Part shown: positions 37,809-45,881 of the stretch, one piece after another
Layout: every line of letters begins with the position of its first letter
How positions within the stretch are numbered: the stretch's first letter is position 1
Source: Chitinophagaceae bacterium
Lineage (GTDB): Bacteria; Bacteroidota; Bacteroidia; Chitinophagales; UBA10324
NCBI GenBank assembly: GCA_016717285.1
Contig: JADKFU010000005.1
Span: 1,031,319 to 1,095,318 of the forward strand
DNA length: 64,000 bases
Reading direction: 5' to 3'
Notes under the pieces: generated by a model
Told to the model about the DNA's origin: nothing
What the model saw: the letters and a program-made list of their open reading frames with translations, nothing else
The model's database searches: none
Translations under genes and position numbers: made by a program

Positions 37809-38705
37809 TTGGAAACTGCATTATCACGACCATTGATCTCACGAGCTGCCCGTCATATGCTGGCAGCCACATTGTGGTTCAGCATTATGAATGTATTTAT
37901 TCGTAAAGTCAATCACCTTCCGGAAATGGAAGTTGTATTCTTCAGGTGCCTTACACCAATGCTTTGGTGTTTTATCAGTCTGCACCAAAAACAAATTCAC
38001 TGGATGGGCAGTAACAGAAAATTATTGTTGTTGCGTGGCTTGTTTGGTACTGTCTCCCTGTACGCGTTTATCATGACGATTCACCACATGCCGTTGGGTA
38101 CAGCAGTCACCATTCAATACCTGTCGCCGGTTTTTACAACCATTGCAGCCATCTTTATTTTGAAAGAACACGTAAAATGGATGCAATGGTTATTCTTTTT
38201 AGTTTCATTTTCAGGCATTGCATTGATCAAAGGCATTGATGAAAGGGTATCCATGTTTTATCTTTTTGTGGGAATTTTTTCTGCCATTTTTTCTGCGCTG
38301 GCTTATAACATGGTACGTAGTCTGAAGCAACGTGAACATCCATTGGTGGTGGTGCTGCATTTCCAGATTTTTGGCGTGGTGGCAGGATTTATCTTCATGC
38401 TCTTTAACTGGCAAACTCCGCAGGGACTTGACTGGCTGTACCTTTTGCTGATTGGCGTTTGTACACAACTCGGTCAGGTCAACCTTACGCAGGCCTTGCA
38501 AAAAGAAAAAATTTCCAGCATTTCCATGCTCAATTATCTTGGTATTTTGTATGCACTCTTTTTTGGCTATATGTTTTTTGGTGAAACGTATGGATGGGTT
38601 TCCCTTGCCGGCATGATACTGGTGATTGCAGGCGTTCTGACCAGTGTGATTTTTAATACTCCAATAAAACAGAAGGTGGAGCTAAAGAACTATGCAAATC
38701 CTTAA
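37809..38705 (+). CDS. DMT-superfamily (EamA) transporter
   Basis: Ten predicted TM helices in two EamA-like halves. The track start is a TTG; the real start may be the downstream ATG (MLAATLW). Confidence 0.8.
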   Translation: METALSRPLISRAARHMLAATLWFSIMNVFIRKVNHLPEMEVVFFRCLTPMLWCFISLHQKQIHWMGSNRKLLLLRGLFGTVSLYAFIMTIHHMPLGTAVTIQYLSPVFTTIAAIFILKEHVKWMQWLFFLVSFSGIALIKGIDERVSMFYLFVGIFSAIFSALAYNMVRSLKQREHPLVVVLHFQIFGVVAGFIFMLFNWQTPQGLDWLYLLLIGVCTQLGQVNLTQALQKEKISSISMLNYLGILYALFFGYMFFGETYGWVSLAGMILVIAGVLTSVIFNTPIKQKVELKNYANP

Positions 38706-38708
38706 TGA

Positions 38709-39596
38709 TCAGGAAAGGTGATTCTTGATTCCGAATGCTGCACACAATGTGTTTGTTTTTTTACTGAACGCTTCACGATAGTATGCAGGCAATTGTGTAC
38801 CGTCAGCAAAGAGCCTTTCATATTTCTCCATCAAATGAGGATAGTGCTTTTCTATCGCACGAAATACAAGTGTTTTACTGTCGGAAGGGGTATTGCCGAA
38901 CAGCGTGATTGTTGCAGGAAAAATATATTTTATTCCTAAGTTGCTAAACGTTGAGAACATCAATTCAAGGTGTTCTGTAGTATCTGAAATATAAGGAAGC
39001 AAAGGCATCAGGCTTACTCCACTTGCAAGGCCTGCATTCAGAATTGCCTGTAATGTGTGAAGACGGAGAGAAGGTGGAGTGGCGCCGGGTTCAAAAATTC
39101 CTGCAACATGATCATCAATGGTGGAAAAGGAAAACGTGATGAATACTTTATGAGATAATTTTTCTTCGAGATCGGCAGGCAGCAACGCATTTTCGCCAAT
39201 AGCTTTTAACAGATCAAGATCGCGCAATACAAGATCAGATTTTGTAATTACATGCAAAGGGAACCGGTATTGCAGGATCAGTTCAAGAATGCCACGTGTG
39301 AGTTTAGTTTCTTTTTCAAATTGCAGGTAAGGATCTGTTGCAGATGAAAGTACAATAATACCATGCTGATTTTTCTTCGAACGGTTTTGCAATTGTTTTT
39401 CCAGCACTTCCAGCGCATTGCTTTTAATGGACAACTTTTCTTCCATGTGAATGCCGTATTTGCTTCCGCGGATATAGCAATACAGGCAATTGAAAGAACA
39501 ACCACTATATGGGTTAATAGTATAATCATCCAAAAACCAACTGTCGCGGCGTTTGGTTTTATTCAACATGGTTTTAACCTGTATATCGTGTAGCAT
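38709..39596 (-). CDS. radical SAM protein (SplB / COG1533-like family)
   Basis: CxxxCxxC cluster motif GCSFNCLYCY near the N-terminus. 295 aa. Confidence 0.8.
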   Translation of the reverse strand: MLHDIQVKTMLNKTKRRDSWFLDDYTINPYSGCSFNCLYCYIRGSKYGIHMEEKLSIKSNALEVLEKQLQNRSKKNQHGIIVLSSATDPYLQFEKETKLTRGILELILQYRFPLHVITKSDLVLRDLDLLKAIGENALLPADLEEKLSHKVFITFSFSTIDDHVAGIFEPGATPPSLRLHTLQAILNAGLASGVSLMPLLPYISDTTEHLELMFSTFSNLGIKYIFPATITLFGNTPSDSKTLVFRAIEKHYPHLMEKYERLFADGTQLPAYYREAFSKKTNTLCAAFGIKNHLS

Positions 39597-39602
39597 ATTC
39601 GC

Positions 39603-39719
39603 TTACGCGTCCAAACCCAATTCTGATTTTGTTTTGAACCATTGTTTTATTGCTGCATTGTTTTCCAGTTCATTTTGATATTGCTGAATAATATCCAGAT
39701 GAAACTTCATTCGTCCCAT
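39603..39719 (-). CDS. candidate 38-aa micro-ORF MGRMKFHLDIIQQYQNELENNAAIKQWFKTKSELGLDA
   Basis: Below the ORF-track cutoff; found by manual translation. It fills the gap between the phosphorylase stop (12 nt upstream) and the radical SAM start (6 nt downstream). Confidence 0.3.
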   Translation of the reverse strand: MGRMKFHLDIIQQYQNELENNAAIKQWFKTKSELGLDA

Positions 39720-39731
39720 AATTCCTAATTC

Positions 39732-40607
39732 TCAATTCTCCACCAACAATTCCAACGCCGCCCTTATCAGCCGGTCCACTGCTTTATGCGAATCACTGCT
39801 GAATTTTTTTTGCATCCTGTTCGCGACAATGGCATTTAGGGAAACAGCCTGGTGACCGAGCAGTCGCGACATGCCATAGATGGCAGATGTTTCCATTTCG
39901 AAATTGGTGATGCGATGACCGGAAAAGGTGAATGAAGATAAGTGATCAATCAAATCGGGGAATGCCGGTTCAGCACGTAACATTCTTCCCTGCGGACCAT
40001 AAAATCCCGGGCAGGTTACGGTAATTCCTTTGTGGGTAATTCCCTGGAATTTAGAAATCAATGATGATGATCCTCCCGCAACATAGGGAATGAAAGCGAT
40101 GTGATTATCCTGCACATGATTTAAAAAGCCAAGCAATAATTCTTTCTCAAATGGCGGATGCTCCAGGTGATAAAAATTAAGGAGGTTGTCCATTCCGATG
40201 GCAAATTCAGATGCCACAAAACTGTCGATCTCAATGTCAGCCTGTAAAGCGCCGGAAGTTCCTATCCGAATGATGTTCATGGGCGTGAGGTTTTCTTTGA
40301 TCTTGCGTGTTTGCAGATCAATATTCACCAATGCATCCAGCTCTGTCACTACAATATCAATATTATCGGTACCAATTCCTGTTGAAATTACAGACATCCT
40401 ATTGTTACCGATGAATCCCGTATGGGTGACAAATTCACGATGCTGCCTGGTTATTTCCACACGGTCAAAATATTTTGAAACCTCTTTAACCCTGTGTGGA
40501 TCACCCACTGTAATAACGGTGTTAGCAATCTCTTCCGGTAAAAGATCAAGATGATAAATGGCGCCACGCGCATTAAGTATTAATTCGGATTCGGGTATAG
40601 TTGTCAT
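39732..40607 (-). CDS. nucleoside phosphorylase (PNP/UDP family 1)
   Basis: ...VITVGDPHRV..., ...RIGTSGAL..., ...EMETSAIYG... motifs. Confidence 0.8.
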   Translation of the reverse strand: MTTIPESELILNARGAIYHLDLLPEEIANTVITVGDPHRVKEVSKYFDRVEITRQHREFVTHTGFIGNNRMSVISTGIGTDNIDIVVTELDALVNIDLQTRKIKENLTPMNIIRIGTSGALQADIEIDSFVASEFAIGMDNLLNFYHLEHPPFEKELLLGFLNHVQDNHIAFIPYVAGGSSSLISKFQGITHKGITVTCPGFYGPQGRMLRAEPAFPDLIDHLSSFTFSGHRITNFEMETSAIYGMSRLLGHQAVSLNAIVANRMQKKFSSDSHKAVDRLIRAALELLVEN

Positions 40608-40622
40608 ATTGAAGGCAGTTGT

Positions 40623-40630
40623 TACATTTG
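40623..40630 (+). promoter_or_regulatory. candidate -7 box TACATTTG (TAnnTTTG) with TTG at 40601-40603, upstream of the usp gene
   Basis: Exact match to the Bacteroidota sigma-A -7 consensus, 32 nt before the ATG at 40662. Confidence 0.35.
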
Positions 40631-40661
40631 CGAATCTAAATGTAATTCATCCCAAATAATT

Positions 40662-41540
40662 ATGAGCGAGCAAAACCATTCACCTGTGGTTATCAATAAA
40701 ATCCTTGTACCGACTGACTTTTCTGCCATCTCCTTGCTGGCACTTGAATATGCGGGATTGATTGCCAGTAAGACGAATGCAACGATCATATTACTGCATG
40801 TTTTCGAATCGTATATGCAGAATACCATGCTTCATGCCACAGTTGATTTCAACAATATCATGGAAAAGGGAATTGAAGAGAAGATGCATGAAATTGTTGG
40901 AATGGACCAACAGCTCAATGGTGTTCGTGTTGAAACAAGAGTGGCACATGGAAAAATACATGTAGAAATCGAGCAGATCGTAAAACAAGATGGAATTTCA
41001 TTGATCGTAATGGGAACACATGGTGTTTCAGGGGTAACCAACATCGGAAAGTTTATGGTGGGTTCCAATGCTTACAGAACCATGCAGAATGCAACGTGCC
41101 CTATTATTACACTTAGAAATGAACCCTCGAAAAAAAGTTTTAAAAACATTGTGCTACCTATTGACAGCAGCGCAAAGTCGACCATGAAACTGGATATTGC
41201 TATTGCCTGGGCCAAATTATTCGGCAGCACGATTCATTTATTGGCAGTGACTGCCTTCTTTGAGGAGTTTGTGGTGGATGCGAAAGCAGTAGACAGAAAA
41301 GTACATCAGGTAGAAGAGTTGTTGGTAAAGGAAGGGATACCTTATACAGCTCATATCATCAGAAATCAATCGCCTTCACTCTCCGTTTTGCACCATGCAG
41401 AAAAAATGAATGCCGACCTGATCATGATCGTGTCCGGTCAGGAATCACAATTGGGTGAAATGTTATTTGGATCTATTTCCCGCGCCGTGGTTTCAGATTC
41501 ACCTATTCCGGTACTTAGTATTCATATCAACAAAAATTGA
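40662..41540 (+). CDS. tandem-domain universal stress protein
   Basis: Two Usp domains (...ILVPTDFS...MGTHG..., ...IVLPIDSS...). Confidence 0.85.
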   Translation: MSEQNHSPVVINKILVPTDFSAISLLALEYAGLIASKTNATIILLHVFESYMQNTMLHATVDFNNIMEKGIEEKMHEIVGMDQQLNGVRVETRVAHGKIHVEIEQIVKQDGISLIVMGTHGVSGVTNIGKFMVGSNAYRTMQNATCPIITLRNEPSKKSFKNIVLPIDSSAKSTMKLDIAIAWAKLFGSTIHLLAVTAFFEEFVVDAKAVDRKVHQVEELLVKEGIPYTAHIIRNQSPSLSVLHHAEKMNADLIMIVSGQESQLGEMLFGSISRAVVSDSPIPVLSIHINKN

Positions 41541-41689
41541 AGAGTCCGGCTCATTATTGCCAGGGGTTAAATTGTTAAATGGCCAAATGGTTGCAGCTAA
41601 ACCGAAGAACAAGCTGATGATTGCTCAGTTTCTGGTTATTAAATGGTCTGCACCAGTGATTTTCCATCATTGCTTTTTCATTTCAACGC

Positions 41690-41697
41690 TATCTTTG
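41690..41697 (+). promoter_or_regulatory. candidate -7 box TATCTTTG upstream of the ABC-2 exporter operon
   Basis: Matches TAnnTTTG, 15 nt before the ATG at 41713. Confidence 0.3.
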
Positions 41698-41712
41698 AGC
41701 AGATTTTAAACA

Positions 41713-42483
41713 ATGAGCACCAGCAACAAAGTCATCATTTCGGTTAAAGACCTTGTAAAGGACTACGGAACTTTCCGTGCAGTGGATGGAATTAGTTTTG
41801 AAGTATATGAGGGCGAAATATTCGGTTTACTAGGACCTAACGGTGCCGGCAAAACCACCACGCTGGAGATCATGGAAACATTGCGTGAAAAAACCTCCGG
41901 CAATGTTTCAATAGATGGTTTGTCGGTAGATAAAGATCAGAATGAGATCAAGCAAATCATTGGTGTACAACTGCAGGCAGCAGGATACTATCCAAATCTG
42001 AATCTGTTGGAATTACTGGAATTGTTTTCCGGTCTTTACAATGTAAAAGTTGATGCACCTGGGATGCTATCAATGGTGGGTTTGGAAGAGAAAGCAAAAA
42101 GCAGGTACAAAGAATTAAGCGGTGGTCAGAAACAGCGCTTCTCTATTTCCACCACGCTCATCAATCAGCCTAAGATTATTTTTTTGGATGAACCCACTAC
42201 AGGACTTGATCCGCAGGCACGCAGAAATCTCTGGGACCTTATTCGGGAAGTGCGCAGTAAAGGAACTACTATAGTGATTACTACGCATTATATGGATGAA
42301 GCCGAACAACTCTGCGAACGTGTTGCACTCATTGACAGCGGCCGTATCAATGCCTTGAATACGCCTGATCACCTGATCGATGAATTGGTGGCTTCCGGTT
42401 TTGAACGAAAGAAAGAAGTGAAGAAAGCAAACCTTGAAGATGTGTTTTTACGATTGACGGGAAAGGAATGGCGGGATGAGTAA
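41713..42483 (+). CDS. ABC transporter ATP-binding protein (DrrA/ABC-2 exporter type)
   Basis: Walker A GPNGAGKTT, signature LSGGQKQR, Walker B IIFLDEPT. Confidence 0.9.
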   Translation: MSTSNKVIISVKDLVKDYGTFRAVDGISFEVYEGEIFGLLGPNGAGKTTTLEIMETLREKTSGNVSIDGLSVDKDQNEIKQIIGVQLQAAGYYPNLNLLELLELFSGLYNVKVDAPGMLSMVGLEEKAKSRYKELSGGQKQRFSISTTLINQPKIIFLDEPTTGLDPQARRNLWDLIREVRSKGTTIVITTHYMDEAEQLCERVALIDSGRINALNTPDHLIDELVASGFERKKEVKKANLEDVFLRLTGKEWRDE

Positions 42484-42580
42484 AGGAATTAGGAATTAGG
42501 AATTAAATTGGGACAAATAAGGTAGGATTTTCTAACAAGACTAAAGACTAACGACTAACGACTAAGGACTAACGACTAAG
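42484..42580. repeat. heptad microsatellites AGGAATT x3 (42484-42504) and GACTAAN x6 (42539-42580) between the ATPase and permease genes
   Basis: Read directly. Confidence 0.85.
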
Positions 42581-42617
42581 GAAACAACATAAACAATCTA
42601 AACCCTTAAACTCTTCA

Positions 42618-43715
42618 ATGCCGAAACCTTACAGCCAGATCCGTGCAATGCTTGCCGTAACCAAAGCAAGTCTGCGAAGCATTTTTCGCAGTCCGTCGGC
42701 TGTAGTTTTTTCTTTTGCGTTTCCGCTGATTTTTATTTTGGTATTTGGGTTTGTAGGAAACAATGGATTTAAGCTTGATGTTGGTGTTGAACAATCCTGT
42801 GATACAACCAGTGGACTCTATCATGCCATTGCAAAAAATCCTCAGTTCAGTCTAATCACCAATGAACCGGATCAGGAATTACTTGCAGATCTGAACAAAG
42901 GCCGCATTGATGGGATCCTCAATCTACAGCCAAATACATCAGGCGATGGACCACTTGTTTTTATTCATGTTAAAACTTCCGCATCATCGCGTAATGCGGC
43001 ATTACTGATTAGTATGTTGCAATCAATGGTTGATAAAGGAACGCTCACCATGATGCATCCACAGACAATGCTCGCGGAAATCAAGGAAGAACCACAACCG
43101 GGAAGAGAGTATAAAGCCATTGATTTTATTTTACCGGGCATGCTCGGTTTTTCATTACTAAGCACCGGCGTGTTTGGAACTGCTTTTACCTTTCTGAGTC
43201 TCCGGCAGACATTGGTGATCAAACGTTTTTTTGCGACACCTATAAAAAGACCTTACATTATTATTGGAGAAGGATTAAGCAGGGTACTTTTTTCGCTCCT
43301 TACTTCATCCGTTATTCTGATCCTTGGATATTTCGCATTTGGTTTCACACTGGTTCACGGACTCACGACTTTTATTGATCTTTTAATTCTCTCTTTCATT
43401 GGGTTATTTATTTTTATGGGCTTCGGGTTCATAGTGTCGGGCATTGCGAAAAATGAATCTGCAGTGCCACCGATTGCCAACATCATCACCTTACCACAAT
43501 TTTTACTGGCGGGCACTTTTTTTTCTACAGATGCTTTTCCATCCTGGCTGCAACCCATTCCTAAAATCCTTCCACTCACGTATTTGAATGATGCGATGCG
43601 CAAAGTTTCATTTGAAGGTGCAGGTTTATTGGATGTATGGAAAGACCTTGCTGCATTAGGCATATGCGGTTTGGTAGCTTATGTTATTGCCGTGAAGGTG
43701 TTCAGGTGGGAGTGA
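42618..43715 (+). CDS. ABC-2 type transporter permease
   Basis: 365 aa with one N-terminal TM helix, a large loop, then five TM helices. Follows the ATPase gene. Confidence 0.85.
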   Translation: MPKPYSQIRAMLAVTKASLRSIFRSPSAVVFSFAFPLIFILVFGFVGNNGFKLDVGVEQSCDTTSGLYHAIAKNPQFSLITNEPDQELLADLNKGRIDGILNLQPNTSGDGPLVFIHVKTSASSRNAALLISMLQSMVDKGTLTMMHPQTMLAEIKEEPQPGREYKAIDFILPGMLGFSLLSTGVFGTAFTFLSLRQTLVIKRFFATPIKRPYIIIGEGLSRVLFSLLTSSVILILGYFAFGFTLVHGLTTFIDLLILSFIGLFIFMGFGFIVSGIAKNESAVPPIANIITLPQFLLAGTFFSTDAFPSWLQPIPKILPLTYLNDAMRKVSFEGAGLLDVWKDLAALGICGLVAYVIAVKVFRWE

Positions 43716-43817
43716 TTTTTTTCATTCTTTACTTTATGAAATTGCTATTAACAACTGACGGATATCATTTTTTATAATTGCAAGTTGCCGTAATTATGCA
43801 GTCTTAAATCTCAGTCT

Positions 43818-44330
43818 ATGATATGGCTGATCGCGATATTCTCACTATTTCTTCTTCTACTTGCCTATCTTTTATTTGCTCCCTTCTTCCTTGATATTGA
43901 CAGCAGAAAAGACTTGTGCATTGTAAGGTTTCATCGCCTTGCAAGCGGCAGGTTATTGGTATCGGACGGTTCATTGCAGCTTGAAATAAGTATTGCAGGT
44001 TGGAAGAAGCAAATTGATCTGCTGTTGGAAAGAAAACCCAAAATAAAAAAGGCATCAAAGAAAAAATCACAAAGAAAACAGTCAATGTTTTCTTTCAAAA
44101 AGATATTGTCGATCACAAGAAGTTTTAAAGTAAACAAGTGCCGGTTTTCGTTTGATTCCGGCAATATGCAGTTGAATGGCTATTTATTTCCCGGCTTTTA
44201 TTGGCTGAGCAGGAAAACAGGAAAATCTTTCAGCATCAATTTTCTTGGCGATACGGAATTGGTGCTACAAATAGAAAACAATTTTGCCCGCATAGCATGG
44301 GCATATTTTCACAATCAATTCACAAAGTAA
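43818..44330 (+). CDS. membrane-anchored hypothetical protein, tentatively DUF2953/YtfI-like
   Basis: N-terminal TM helix. It sits immediately upstream of a GerW/YtfJ-family gene, as in Bacillus ytfI-ytfJ. The call rests on architecture and position only. Confidence 0.4.
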   Translation: MIWLIAIFSLFLLLLAYLLFAPFFLDIDSRKDLCIVRFHRLASGRLLVSDGSLQLEISIAGWKKQIDLLLERKPKIKKASKKKSQRKQSMFSFKKILSITRSFKVNKCRFSFDSGNMQLNGYLFPGFYWLSRKTGKSFSINFLGDTELVLQIENNFARIAWAYFHNQFTK

Positions 44331-44342
44331 AAACTCAAAACA

Positions 44343-44723
44343 ATGAACAATCTAAATGAGATGCTCAGTGAAATGACCGGATTTTTAAAATCAGAAGCAA
44401 AAACTGAAACCATCATTGGCCAGCAATTTAAATTAGGTGAATTTACCTGCGTTCCCGTAATGTCTGTCGGACTGGGATTCGGCGGCGGCGGCGGAGAAGG
44501 AAAAGGCAAAGCAAGGAGTTCAGAGGAAGGAGAAGGAACAGGTGCAGGTGGCGGCGCAGGATTGGGAATGGGACCGGTTGGGTTCCTGGTTACGAAAGGA
44601 AATGAAATTCAGTTTATTCCTACGCGCACTTCCAAAGGATTAACCGCGACGTTTGAAAAACTGCCTGATCTTCTGGAGAAATTCCTGGATAAAAACAGGA
44701 AGAAAGAACCGGAAATGGCGTAG
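44343..44723 (+). CDS. GerW/YtfJ-family protein
   Basis: ...ETIIGQQFKLGEFTCVPVMSVGLGFGGGGGEG...GMGPVGFLVTKGNEIQFIP pattern with a Gly-rich insert. Confidence 0.7.
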   Translation: MNNLNEMLSEMTGFLKSEAKTETIIGQQFKLGEFTCVPVMSVGLGFGGGGGEGKGKARSSEEGEGTGAGGGAGLGMGPVGFLVTKGNEIQFIPTRTSKGLTATFEKLPDLLEKFLDKNRKKEPEMA

Positions 44724-44762
44724 CGTTTTTTTGTGCCGCTTCTTGTAAATGATGTTTGGAAT

Positions 44763-44829
44763 TGTCGTTCTGAGCGCAGCGAAGAATCACAAAAAGTAAA
44801 GCAGATTTTTTACTGCGTTCAGAATGACA
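44763..44829. terminator. 26-bp-arm hairpin (TGTCGTTCTGAGCGCAGCGAAGAATC ... GATTTTTTACTGCGTTCAGAATGACA) between convergent genes
   Basis: Arms read directly, with a few mismatches. The core CTGAGCGCAGCGAAG differs by one base from the array core. Position fits a bidirectional terminator. Confidence 0.5.
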
Positions 44830-44861
44830 AATCAGATATTTAGCTTTCCTAAATCAGTATC

Positions 44862-45608
44862 TTATTCATGCGGCCAGTCGGCTCCTTCATCAATCCATTT
44901 CTCAAGCGTAAGGATGTTTTCTTTGGGAAGCAGGTGTGCTTCAGCAGATTTCATGTCGGGTCTTTTACCGGAAACAATTTCTATCAAAATGCTTTTGTTG
45001 CTATTGCCCGGAATGATGAAGGCTTCCATGCCGCTTTTCCCAAAATAGTTATCACGGATATCGGCGCGAAAACCGCCAAGTTGCTTCCTGGGTCCATGGC
45101 AAATGATACAATTCAGCTCTATAATAGGATAAACGTCTTTCCGGAAATCTATTTTGGTATGAGCAATCACTTCTGCAACCGGGGTGATTCCTGTACTACT
45201 ATTGGACGGCAGTGCAGCATTGCACACTACTTTGCCTGAAGCATCTGTTACTGATCGGTAAGCTGCAAAAGCGAATGCAGTGAACAAAGCAATAATTGTG
45301 AAGACGGTTACAAGACCTGCGCGAACAGTAGACTTATGGTTCGTTGTTATTCCCAAAATTCTTCTTCCGATTACTGATGTTAACCATTGCCAATGCAGTA
45401 TCAGGTGAAGGAAGAGTACAACGAGCAAGCCAATGCTGAACCAGTAATGTATAACGCCATATTCATGACGGGCAAGTCCCCAAAGCATTCTTGTTTTATT
45501 TGTACCCGGAGGTAAAGGAAACCGGATGATAAAACCCGTAAGAATCATTGCCAGGAAAAGAAGGCCTGCAGTAAGATCAAGGATGAGATTAATGATAGTT
45601 TTACTCAC
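44862..45608 (-). CDS. membrane protein: DUF4405-like 4-TM domain fused to a planctomycete-type cytochrome c domain (PSCyt1)
   Basis: CxxCH heme motif CIICHGP, followed by ...FIIPGNSNKSILIEIVSG...LPKENILTLEKWIDEGADWP. Confidence 0.7.
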   Translation of the reverse strand: MSKTIINLILDLTAGLLFLAMILTGFIIRFPLPPGTNKTRMLWGLARHEYGVIHYWFSIGLLVVLFLHLILHWQWLTSVIGRRILGITTNHKSTVRAGLVTVFTIIALFTAFAFAAYRSVTDASGKVVCNAALPSNSSTGITPVAEVIAHTKIDFRKDVYPIIELNCIICHGPRKQLGGFRADIRDNYFGKSGMEAFIIPGNSNKSILIEIVSGKRPDMKSAEAHLLPKENILTLEKWIDEGADWPHE

Positions 45609-45881
45609 CTGCCAAAGCCGGAAAATTTGCTTTTCAGACTACTGTAAAGTTAGCTTGTTACAGTTGCATTTTCGAATTCATTACAGATAATCTTTTTATT
45701 AAAGGAGACTTGATCAGCCTTTACAACTGCCACGCAGACGCTGATTATCGGAAGCATTTCTTGTAAAGCTGAGTGTGCGGATGATCGGTTTATTGGTTCC
45801 TGCACTGATGAATCAGCATAAGAATAACAAATCAAATGTTTAGCTTTCGGGAATCATTCACTTCTCGAAAATTGTTACTGC

